Source of the DNA: Trichomonas gallinae
Lineage: Eukaryota
Direction of reading: 5' to 3'
Length of the DNA: 52,483 nucleotides
NCBI GenBank assembly: GCA_008369845.1
Contig: MRSU01005082.1
Location: forward strand, 1-52,483
Shown: positions 22,605 through 32,457 of the stretch, one piece after another
Position numbering within the stretch: position 1 is the stretch's first letter
Layout: the number at the start of each line of letters is the position of its first letter
Position numbers and translations under genes: made by a program
Notes under the pieces: model-generated
What the model saw: only the letters and a program-made list of their open reading frames with translations
What the model was told of the DNA's origin: nothing
Database searches by the model: none

Positions 22605-23585
22605 TCGAAATAATCAATAAAAGTCTTTTAACCGGTCTGACACATTTTTTTTTCTAGGTTCATGAATATTTTTTTAAGAGTTCGTGGTGATTTTTTTATG
22701 TATTAATGGGAATGCCGATCCAAAACAAAAATTCGACATAAATTTCGGACTTTTATCATCAAGAAAGGTCTAGAATATACGAGAAACATGATTATTTGAT
22801 TATAATAAAGAACTGTAATTGAATGGAGGTTAGTGTAATCTTCTCAAAAAAATAATCCTCAATTTTTCACATTTATGAGCAACTACAATGCTATTTTAGA
22901 ATAAAGCAATGATACAATAATTAATTTTAAGAGAAATATCCAAACATAATGATACTTTTTGCTCAATATATCGAGAAATCGAATTGTTCAAAAGTGTCAC
23001 TTGCCCATTATTTAATGTTATCATCTATCTGTTCCCAATCATTTGACAACGTTTTAAATTTTTTGAAAAAAGTGAATTGAAAGTGTATGTCACTTTTGCT
23101 AACAAAATAACTTTTTAAAATTTTGTATGAGATATTTGAATTCATTTCCAATTTAATTTTATCGTATTCAGACGCGATGAGTTTGTAGCTCGCTTATGTA
23201 TAACAGAAATATCCTGATTCAACATGAATATCATCATTTATCAGATTGAATATTTTCATTCAACTAATAAAGTGAGAAATAAAAGATGTAGACATATATT
23301 ATTCCCAGTTGGATTCTTCTGAACTAAAACTCTAGATACAGTTGGGTCATAAGCGTAACACACTCGACAATTTCAAAATGTATAAGAATATGATAGAGTG
23401 TGTAGTATATTATCAGATTCTAGGTTAGTTCAGTTCTAATCACATATAATAGTAGACTTCAATTATTAAACAGGTCATATTTGACAAATGTCAGAAATTG
23501 ATTTTCGTCTATTTGAGAAATATTAGTAAAATCGATATGTTTATATGATGCCGTGACAAACAATAATAAAAGAATTTCAAACAAT

Positions 23586-24647
23586 TTATTTCTTCCATCC
23601 AAGATAGAAAATCTCACGTGGTTCTGGAAGGACGACTTTATCTTTGCGAGCTCTAATCTTGCGCTCATTTGCACGCATGTATCTTCTTGCATTGCTTTGA
23701 AGATAAAATGCTGGTAAAGGACGGTGTATTTTAGCTTCTTCATCCCACTCGAAGACATTGTCATTGACAAAACCATGTTTAATGAATAATGAATTGAGAA
23801 TTTGTCTGATCCATGAATATTTTGGTGTTTCATCGTATCTAAGTCTCCTTACATATTCAAAGAACATTTTGAACTCTCTGGGGCATCCTGCACAGAGCAT
23901 TTCAGGTTGTGTCGATATTTTCAACTGAGTAATTTTTTCATTTCTTTCTTCAACAGATTTGACCTTAAATGATTGCCATGGTAACGAGCCTTTCAAAAAT
24001 CGTATTAATACATATGCAATACTCTCCAAATCATCTCTGCGCGATTGTTGTTCGCCGAGATGAGTATTTACTGAGACGTAGTGCGCTGTACCTACAAGTC
24101 CGTTATTATTTGTGTACATATAGTGTTCTTTTGTACGTGGATCAATGTATTGCGTGGAAACTCCAAAATCGATTATATAAATTCTATTTCTGTTCTCATT
24201 TCTTCCTACAAGGAAGTTGTGAGGTTTGATATCTCTATGTAGAAGACCTGAATTGTGAACGTACTCAATTGCACGCAACATTTGGTCAGCGATCATCAGC
24301 ACTGTCTTCAAATTGAAGCATTTACCACAACGCTTATACAACGATTCAAGTGATGGTCCCAATTTTTCCATTGCCAGCACTCGACTCTTCTGATAATCAA
24401 ATAACCCGTAAACTTTAGGGATATTGCTGCCACCTTCTAAAGTCTTGTAGCATTTATATTCGTTAGGAAGTTGAGGATTTGTCGCTGCTCCTGTCTCGAA
24501 CTTTAAAGCAACGATTTGTTGTGTTTCCATGTCTTCAGCTTCGTAAACATCACCGAAACTTCCACCACCTAAATGACGCCTGATGATGTATCTGTCGTTG
24601 ATTACCTGTGAAATCAAATCCTTCGTGCGCGCACCTCCTCCTTTCAT
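23586..24647 (-). CDS. Casein kinase 1 family Ser/Thr kinase
   Basis: LGGGSFG, LGPSLE, HRDIKPHNF, IIDFG, GTAHYVSVNTHLG, SRRDDLES and LPWQ are all present. Confidence 0.97.
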   Translation of the reverse strand: MKGGGARTKDLISQVINDRYIIRRHLGGGSFGDVYEAEDMETQQIVALKFETGAATNPQLPNEYKCYKTLEGGSNIPKVYGLFDYQKSRVLAMEKLGPSLESLYKRCGKCFNLKTVLMIADQMLRAIEYVHNSGLLHRDIKPHNFLVGRNENRNRIYIIDFGVSTQYIDPRTKEHYMYTNNNGLVGTAHYVSVNTHLGEQQSRRDDLESIAYVLIRFLKGSLPWQSFKVKSVEERNEKITQLKISTQPEMLCAGCPREFKMFFEYVRRLRYDETPKYSWIRQILNSLFIKHGFVNDNVFEWDEEAKIHRPLPAFYLQSNARRYMRANERKIRARKDKVVLPEPREIFYLGWKK

Positions 24648-25349
24648 ATAAAAAAATTAATTCAATTCATTTTTCAACTGAAGAAACACGATTATAATAA
24701 TGCAACGGAAATAGATATATAATAATTCTAAAATAACGAGCAAATTTTTTGACATTTATCAGTAAATAATTTTACATGTCAAAAAATAACATCTTGCATG
24801 ATTTACATGTCAATAATATTAAATAATAAATAATTTACATGTCAAAAATAAATAAGATTTTCATAAATCCAAAGATCTTAGGCAAAAACATTAACAAACT
24901 ATATATTATGCTTATGTACATATATAGATTATATGGTAGAAGTACTAAGGCTCATTCTTCGTTGTGACGTTTACTCCAAGTGCACAATAAAAGGGGTACC
25001 CCTCTTTTTTGGAAATTCTGACATCGTAAATAGTCAGAAATACCATGCACTAATAAAAAGTGATAATATTTTGCAAAAATTCAAAACGTTACAAATAATT
25101 TTACATGTCAAAATTATTTTTGAAAATTAAACAATAGATAATAGGGTTGAATCAATTAGCGCCTGTTTAAAACCGATTACTGTGTTAATATGAAGCCAAT
25201 AAAGGCATTGATCAATGTTAGAAACTCGAATGATAATTTAAATTTGATAAAAAGCGGAATTATTATGTAATTTCAGAAATTTAAGGTTAAAAAGTGAAAA
25301 AAATCTTGATAAAAAAATATTTCGGTTTTTGTTAGTCAAATTTTGAATA

Positions 25350-28300
25350 ATGGGTGTAGCAGGCTTTTACCGCTGGTTAGTCCAAAGATATCCATTAGTC
25401 AGGCACCGCACCAACGACCTTGCGCATCCAAAGATCAATAATTTCTATATTGACTTCAATTGTATCATTTACAATTCCATACGTCAAGTGAAACCTGAAG
25501 AAAACGGAGACAACACAATCCTATTTAATGAAATATGTCGTTACGTTGATTTACTCGTCCAAATAATGAAGCCAGACTCGTTAATTTATATCGCAGTCGA
25601 TGGTCCGGCTCCTCTCGCTAAATGTGCGCAGCAGAGAAGCAGACGCTTTGTTGCTGCACGTGATCACCAAGAAGGTACATTCAGTACAGCAGCGATTTCC
25701 GTCGGAACAGAGTTCATGGAAGAATTACACGTACATTTAGAGAAATTCATCAAAAGTAGAATAGAAAATGATTCAACTTGGGCCGCACCAAAGGTCATAT
25801 ACAGCTCTCATCGCACTCCAGGTGAAGGCGAGCACAAATTTTTCAATTATTTGAGAGTAGAGATGGATAAGCCAGATTTCGATAAATTTTCTACGCATTG
25901 CATCTTCTCACCAGATGCTGACCTTGTTTTCCTCACCCTTCAAACAGGAATCAAGAATTTTTATATTATGCGCGAATGGACGAGCTGGATGGGTCCTAAT
26001 GAAAACATGGCCAATGGTGAGCTCGATAAGATGCGTGTCAGCCAAAATGATTTCGAATTACTTCATTGTCCGATTTTAAGAGATTATCTCCAAAACGAAT
26101 TCCCAGAATCTGACGTCAACAGACTTATCACCGACTTCGTTGCTATAGCATTCTTAATTGGTAATGACTTTATTCCACATTTTCCGGAAATTAATATTTC
26201 TAATGGCGATTTCGACAGCATCCTTAGAGCTTACCGCCAATCTCTTCTCGATAGGCGTAAATATTTAATTACAGAAGACATAGAATACGATAAGGAAAAT
26301 TTAGAAGCTTTCCTCAAAGCAGTTGTCGCCAATGTTAAAGCATCAGATAGAAGCAATGGAAACCAGAAACTTGGAAAAGGCAAGAAGAACGCAAAACCGA
26401 ATCAGCTTTACACAGTACCTGGCGCCCAAAAATATCTTCAACAGAAATACAAGAGCGAATACTCGGAAGAATTCGAGCAGGAACTCTGCTGCGCAGTTAT
26501 AGACTCATTTAATTGGGTTCTTAATTATTATTTCAAAGGATGCTGTGACTATACATGGCAATTCTCATATTTCTACGCTCCTCCAATCATCCTCGTCGCT
26601 GAATACTGCAGAGTTCACGAGTCAAACTTCGATCTCGGACGTCCTCCTCTTCCATTCGAGCAGCTTCTTTCCATCCTTCCGCCGAAGATGTCTCACCTCC
26701 TTCCATATCCTATTGCCCGTCTCATGTCCCCTCCTTCGCCCATCGCAGAATATTACCCAGAAGAGTTCGAAATCGACTTAAACGGCAGAAAGTTCGAGCA
26801 CGAAGGCGTAATTTTGATTCCTTTCGTCGACATAGAGAAACTTAGGACAGAAGTGTCCAAAGCACTCGGACAACTCTCTGATGATGAAAAGAAGCGCAAC
26901 ACATTTGACGAGATGAAGATCATGAACGAAGGAACACCGAAGGAAAAGAAGACAGCTGATCCACCAGGACTGCCATCGCTCAGCGGAATCAAATTCGAAC
27001 TAGAAAACTCGACAGACCAGTTGAAGATTTTCGACAAACCATCGAAATATCCATCGTTATTTGTTGTTCCTAATTTCGATGAAGTCGGCGAAAACGAGAA
27101 GTACAAAGATATCAAAAACACAAAGGAGCTCTTCGGAAAGCTCGTGTTGTTTGATTGGCCATTCCTCAGACCTGGCGTCGTCGTCGGATCATTCAACAAG
27201 GATGGCGGCAGCGTAATTGACGAAAAAACTAAGACAGAAAAAACATTCTCAAGCGACAAGAACTACAATACTATGCTGACTGTGCTCAGGAATCGCAGAG
27301 GCATTGAAACTGAGAAATCCTCTGTCGGACTCATCATCAAGCCTTACGTCATCAAGTCCATCGATGGAACAATCAAGAGATCGAACGAAAAGAGATTATT
27401 CCCAGCCGAGCTCATTTTCATGCCAGACAAGGTCGATGTCATGAGGAGATACCTCACACCTCCACCGCCGAAATTCCCAGAGGTAGGATCCAGAATCATC
27501 ATCACAGAGCCATCAAAGGAAGGACAGGTCGCACAGGTAACAAGAGTCAACTTAGAAACAGGTGATGTCACTGCGAAAGTTATTCTCTCTCCACCGTTCA
27601 ACGGCAGTTTCCTCGCCAATGATAGTTACACACTAAATATGGATGAGCTCGCTCACGATCTCGGAATGAACAAGGACTTAATTAAGTGCATGCTCGAATC
27701 TGTTAGGGTTTTAAAGCTCGAAAGCGATTTAAGAGACCCAGATGTTGGTCTCACGCTGTTCCGCAAGGACCAAATTCTTGATGGCATCACATTCAGAACA
27801 AGAGATGGTAACTACCTCTTTGCCAAGGAAGCCCTCAACTTGATCAAGCAGTACTTAGAAATCTCAGAACTTGAGAATTTCTACAAGCACAAGGCCAAAG
27901 TTGAATTCAAGGATAAGACAAACCAACCAAAATTAGTAATTTTTGCCGACAATCTTGCCTCAAAGACTGAGAAGCAGATCGAGAGAGTCGAAGCAATTCA
28001 GAATTGGATACACAGAGAATCGCCTATTGCAGGCTTATTCCTAATCCCAGACCACATCACAATGGTAACAAGGGCACAGTCAGAACTGCTGGAAGTCAGA
28101 CTCAACAAAATCAAGTTCGAAGAGTCAGAAGGATCCGAAGTCACATTGAAGAAAGGTGAGTTCCTCATCAAAGGAATGTTCCCAGACAGGGGCTCCATAA
28201 TTAGCACCGGCGACAGAGTCACATCCATTGCACCAAATGGTCCTGTACCATTTGGAACGCACGGCACAGTCATCGGCTTCGATCACTACACCCTCGAGGC

Positions 28301-28409
28301 ATACGTCGTCGCAGACACACCATTCCAACTTGGCTCAACGATGAGGATGAGACTGAAGTCACAGAGAGGCTTTGTAGCAAACATTGCTGATTTGATTCCA
28401 TACAACTAA
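25350..28409 (+). CDS. XRN1: 5'-3' exoribonuclease, XRN1-like
   Basis: MGVAGFYRWL, IAVDGPAPLAK..QQRSRRF, PGEGEHK, DADL and GNDFIPH, plus the C-terminal XRN1 SH3-like GDRV...GPVPFG..GTVIG. Confidence 0.9.
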   Translation: MGVAGFYRWLVQRYPLVRHRTNDLAHPKINNFYIDFNCIIYNSIRQVKPEENGDNTILFNEICRYVDLLVQIMKPDSLIYIAVDGPAPLAKCAQQRSRRFVAARDHQEGTFSTAAISVGTEFMEELHVHLEKFIKSRIENDSTWAAPKVIYSSHRTPGEGEHKFFNYLRVEMDKPDFDKFSTHCIFSPDADLVFLTLQTGIKNFYIMREWTSWMGPNENMANGELDKMRVSQNDFELLHCPILRDYLQNEFPESDVNRLITDFVAIAFLIGNDFIPHFPEINISNGDFDSILRAYRQSLLDRRKYLITEDIEYDKENLEAFLKAVVANVKASDRSNGNQKLGKGKKNAKPNQLYTVPGAQKYLQQKYKSEYSEEFEQELCCAVIDSFNWVLNYYFKGCCDYTWQFSYFYAPPIILVAEYCRVHESNFDLGRPPLPFEQLLSILPPKMSHLLPYPIARLMSPPSPIAEYYPEEFEIDLNGRKFEHEGVILIPFVDIEKLRTEVSKALGQLSDDEKKRNTFDEMKIMNEGTPKEKKTADPPGLPSLSGIKFELENSTDQLKIFDKPSKYPSLFVVPNFDEVGENEKYKDIKNTKELFGKLVLFDWPFLRPGVVVGSFNKDGGSVIDEKTKTEKTFSSDKNYNTMLTVLRNRRGIETEKSSVGLIIKPYVIKSIDGTIKRSNEKRLFPAELIFMPDKVDVMRRYLTPPPPKFPEVGSRIIITEPSKEGQVAQVTRVNLETGDVTAKVILSPPFNGSFLANDSYTLNMDELAHDLGMNKDLIKCMLESVRVLKLESDLRDPDVGLTLFRKDQILDGITFRTRDGNYLFAKEALNLIKQYLEISELENFYKHKAKVEFKDKTNQPKLVIFADNLASKTEKQIERVEAIQNWIHRESPIAGLFLIPDHITMVTRAQSELLEVRLNKIKFEESEGSEVTLKKGEFLIKGMFPDRGSIISTGDRVTSIAPNGPVPFGTHGTVIGFDHYTLEAYVVADTPFQLGSTMRMRLKSQRGFVANIADLIPYN

Positions 28410-28732
28410 TTTGTTTTTATGTTGAATAATATTTTTGCATAATAAACATATGGTTTTTTATTATTATTTTGTTAATAAAAAATTAAATTTTTAAAAATCA
28501 AAATTCAAAACGCTTAAATTGGAATAATTTCGTTTTAATCACAGTTGCTTATGAACTAAATGGTAAAGATAATAAATAAATGATGAAATAGTATTCAAGT
28601 AAATATTTATTAAGAACTTACTAGAAATTTTTAAGAAATTCTAGTTGGTTTAACTACCAATGTAAACAGTAGTATGGATAAATGAAATTAAGTCCGATAT
28701 AAAATCCCTGAGTGTTAGTTTTTTAAAAAAAA

Positions 28733-28887
28733 TTCTGAGGCTCAGATAGCCGAATCATCTGTAATCAGAACAGGTCCGTTTTATCCTCACCGTCAGCAAT
28801 AATACATACTATCTTCCTCCGCCCTAGAACGAAAAGAAAAAATGATTGAACCAGGCCAAACCGTTTTTGCACTTAACCAGGGTCCTT
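28733..28887 (-). ncRNA. Putative box C/D snoRNA with an 18S guide equivalent to snR56/SNORD25
   Basis: Terminal stem UUCUAGGGC/GCCUCAGAA, C-type boxes AGGAAGA, GUGAGGA and CAGAUGA, and three CUGA boxes. The 11-nt guide ACGGACCUGUU is complementary to the conserved SSU rRNA segment AACAGGUCYGU. An oligo-U tract follows. Confidence 0.7.
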
Positions 28888-29726
28888 TAAAATTAAACAA
28901 GGTATTAACCTTAATTATTAAAACTTTATATGTCAAATTTATTTTTCTATTTTTTGAAATTTGAACGAGAAACTTATATAATCATGAGATTCTATTATGA
29001 TGTTAGCATTTATGTCTCATACTGATAAGATATATAGTGTTATAATTTAAGGAATTCATGAATATAAGGATTTTTGGTCTCGGATATGTTTTATAAAAAT
29101 AAAAAATAAAGTTAATTTGTCAAAAAATAAATAAAAATTGAAATCATTAAAAATAGAATAATAATATGAATGGTAGAGTTTTAAAAAATTATGCAACGGT
29201 TATCTTTTCAAATATTTTCTATGATTTGTCACAAAAAAAATTGAATACTTTATTTCGCTTCCATATTATACCAAAATATTATTTTCTTTTCGGTATTTAC
29301 TTAGATTTTGATATTTATGACGAAAAATCAAAAATATCTCATGATCCGATATAATTTGTAATTGTTTAATTTTAGAATGAGATTTCTTTATGAACTCTTC
29401 GTGTATAGATGCATTATGTAGATTTTCATATATCTATGCCATTCCCATGCTATAAAATCGTATATTTCATGTGAATGAAAGCGAAAAAAGAATGACGTAT
29501 AAAAATATTTTCTCACTGATGTAAAACTTCCATAACCCATGAATACGGTCCACATACACGTTGAAAATCGATTGGTTAAGCGTATAACGAGAAAAGAGCT
29601 TCTTGATTCAGATTTTCGAATAATTTCTGAAAAATATTTAATTTTTCATGATAACCTATATAAAAACTATCCATTTTTTGCAAAAAAATTGGAAAATATA
29701 AAGTGAAGGTCGATAAAAAAAAATAA

Positions 29727-31925
29727 ATGAATGATGAACAACTGTTGCAGATACACCCGCTTTTAAAAGCACCAGGTGTTAAAGTTTTGATGCATGACAA
29801 CGTAGGCAAGATCAACACCCACGGAGATGTTCAGCCTCGCTATCTTGTCATAACAACTATTGGAATTTTCCTCTTAATTAAGAAGAAATTCCCGTCAGGC
29901 TACAAGATATCCAGAGAAATCGCGTTATCAAGGGTGAACAGCATCACTCTTACTACAGATTTCTTCGAAGTCAAGTCTGACGACGTAAGCATCGTTGTTC
30001 AGCATGAAAAGATCAACTACATGGCAGCCATCCTCGATCATATGTATACATCGATGATGGGAGTCTCATGTTTGAAATCATCAAATCAACTCAAAACAAC
30101 AGTCATGGAGCTTCAATTAGACATGAACGAGGATATCAATATTATACATAGATTTATATCCGAATGTCTTGCTCTAAATATTCCAACACAATTGGACCAA
30201 ATCACAACAATATGTAAAACACTCGAAACACAAGGCGATGCTTTAACAATTACACCAGTATTGGCTGCATCATCTCTTATGCCTGCCCTCGCTGGTTCAT
30301 TGCGTGGAGATACGCTTTTCAAGACAATTGTATTGAAAGACGTGTCTTTCCTTTCATTCTTCCCACATTTCTCAACAATTATGAAATTATCAACGTCAAT
30401 TACCACAATTCAATTCTATAGAACATCTTTCCTTGAAAGTAATTTGACCATACCATCAGGTTTCTTCGAAAAAGAAGTAGTTGCGCCACTCCAATCTATC
30501 ACTTTCATAAATTGTGATCTCACAAATCCGAGATTCAAAGATTTCTTCTACGAGTTCGCAAAAATCAAAGCAAATTTCACATCTTTCACAATTGAGCGCT
30601 GTGACTTTATCCCATCATCTTTGGAAGCAGTGTTCTACTCTATCTTCGATGCCCCTTGCTTCAGAACTCTTACTGAACTTATCATCAAGAAAATTAATCT
30701 TGCCGAGTCCGTTCAAATGTTCTCTGTTCAGCTCATGAACTGCGACTGGGTACTCAAGAAGAAATCATTACACAAATTCGTTTGCAACAACGTTCCTTTA
30801 AATCTCGAATTTCTTTTATCTGCTTTCATGATGTTCGAATCAGGCCTCCACGAGATTTCATTTTCAGGATGCAATCTCGCAAAGCCACTTGCAAAGCCAA
30901 TCCCAACATTCCAAGAAATTACAACTCTTGATTTATCAGAAATTCAAACATCAGCCAGCAATCTTGTCTCTGTAATGAAGTCAATCCAGACAGGGCAGCA
31001 CCAGATCAAGAACATTGATCTCTCAGCTCTTAAAATTTCAGCCACTGAATCTGAGCTTCTTTATCCAATGATCGCCGACGTAGAGCTTAAAGGAATCACA
31101 ACACTTGCTTGGGTACAGAATAAAGTATCAAATCAGTCACTTCCACATTTCGTAGATTTCTTATGCAAGCAGAAATCAGTCTATGACTTGTCCATCTCAG
31201 AATGTATCCTCAATAAGGCCTCAAACGTCGACCAGGTCCTCAGAATTGTAAGAGAACTTTCTCTCGAAAGATTTGTTATGACTGGCCACGGTTCCTTCTC
31301 ATTCGGCCCTGAATTCAACGACGTCCTCGAGGCTCTCATTTCCCGTGGAACATGCATCTCAATCGACATCAGCGGCCACGGTATCGGTGATAATGGTTTG
31401 CCACTCCTCGAAAAACTCATCGCAACAGGTACAAAGGCCCTCGCCTTCAACTCTACATGCGCAAACAACGCTGAGAAGCTCCTTGCTTGCCTTAAAGCCA
31501 TCATTTTGTCTAATGTCGAATTCTCACTTTGGCCAGCTCCAGATGTTTCAAGAGTTTTGCCAAAAATCCCGCTTACATCCAGGGAGCGCCTCATCAGGGA
31601 GTTCGGCAATCTCAAGAAGCAGTTCGAAGAGAAGTACAAACTCGAGCAGACACCAGACATTGTTGTATCAGAGGAAACAGTCACAAAGATGAGGAGAATG
31701 TCCTCCATTCCTCTTCTTCTCAGGGGAGCAGCAGACCACTCGCAGCTTCCTCACCTCGAGCCGCTTAGGTTTGCAGGCGTCAGCCAGAAAGAACAAGACG
31801 TCGCCACTTTGCTCGTTGAGTGCTTCGGGCAGAAGGCGTCGGGACCAGAGACAGACCCGTTGGTTGTGTTCTTTAACCAATGGAACATAGACACATCTAT
31901 AGACAAGTATGAAATGTCGTACTAA
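29727..31925 (+). CDS. PH plus leucine-rich-repeat protein (CARMIL-like)
   Basis: N-terminal VGKIN....QPRYLVITTIGIFLL (CARMIL-type PH), then RI-like LRRs (ITTLDLSE, IKNIDLSA, ISIDISGHGIGD). Confidence 0.7.
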   Translation: MNDEQLLQIHPLLKAPGVKVLMHDNVGKINTHGDVQPRYLVITTIGIFLLIKKKFPSGYKISREIALSRVNSITLTTDFFEVKSDDVSIVVQHEKINYMAAILDHMYTSMMGVSCLKSSNQLKTTVMELQLDMNEDINIIHRFISECLALNIPTQLDQITTICKTLETQGDALTITPVLAASSLMPALAGSLRGDTLFKTIVLKDVSFLSFFPHFSTIMKLSTSITTIQFYRTSFLESNLTIPSGFFEKEVVAPLQSITFINCDLTNPRFKDFFYEFAKIKANFTSFTIERCDFIPSSLEAVFYSIFDAPCFRTLTELIIKKINLAESVQMFSVQLMNCDWVLKKKSLHKFVCNNVPLNLEFLLSAFMMFESGLHEISFSGCNLAKPLAKPIPTFQEITTLDLSEIQTSASNLVSVMKSIQTGQHQIKNIDLSALKISATESELLYPMIADVELKGITTLAWVQNKVSNQSLPHFVDFLCKQKSVYDLSISECILNKASNVDQVLRIVRELSLERFVMTGHGSFSFGPEFNDVLEALISRGTCISIDISGHGIGDNGLPLLEKLIATGTKALAFNSTCANNAEKLLACLKAIILSNVEFSLWPAPDVSRVLPKIPLTSRERLIREFGNLKKQFEEKYKLEQTPDIVVSEETVTKMRRMSSIPLLLRGAADHSQLPHLEPLRFAGVSQKEQDVATLLVECFGQKASGPETDPLVVFFNQWNIDTSIDKYEMSY

Positions 31926-32457
31926 TGTATTATTATATTGTTCAATTTTTATATTTTTCGCTAATACAGCATCATCACTAAAAGACATAAAAGTTTATAT
32001 ATCTTAACCATTCTTCTAGCATTGCTCCTTTTAAAATCTAAATAAAAAAAAATTATTCATTTATTTTAATGATTCATAATCAATAACTTCATTTTGGCTC
32101 CAAAAAATGAAAGATTAGTGACAAACTGCCCATTTGTTTGCATATTTTATTTGAAAATTGATTATTTTTGAAGCATAACATCAACATTTTGTGAATACAA
32201 TATAAAGATTTGGTGGAGTTAGTCATATTTTCAAGCTAAAATTTTACTGATTGTTGTTTTTAGTGTCGAAAATTCATGATTAAAAAATCAGCAAAAAATG
32301 AAAAAATTGTATGATTTATTAAAAAATAAATTTTTTCATAGTAAAAATATAGATTTTTTGAAGAATTAAATTTATAAAGTTGCGTTATAATTGAAGTATG
32401 TTCGATACAGAACACAAATAAATCAAAAAACGAAATTTGTCAGTTCAAAAAAATAAC

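Noticed and set aside
23174..23217. GCGATGA...CTGA as a possible second C/D snoRNA
   Set aside because: Only about 44 nt, with no terminal stem and no recognisable rRNA guide.
28733..28887. Calling the snoRNA candidate U3
   Set aside because: It has a U3-like C'/D stem but no recognisable box A'/A (UACUU...GGAUCAUUUCU), and it carries a clear methylation guide.
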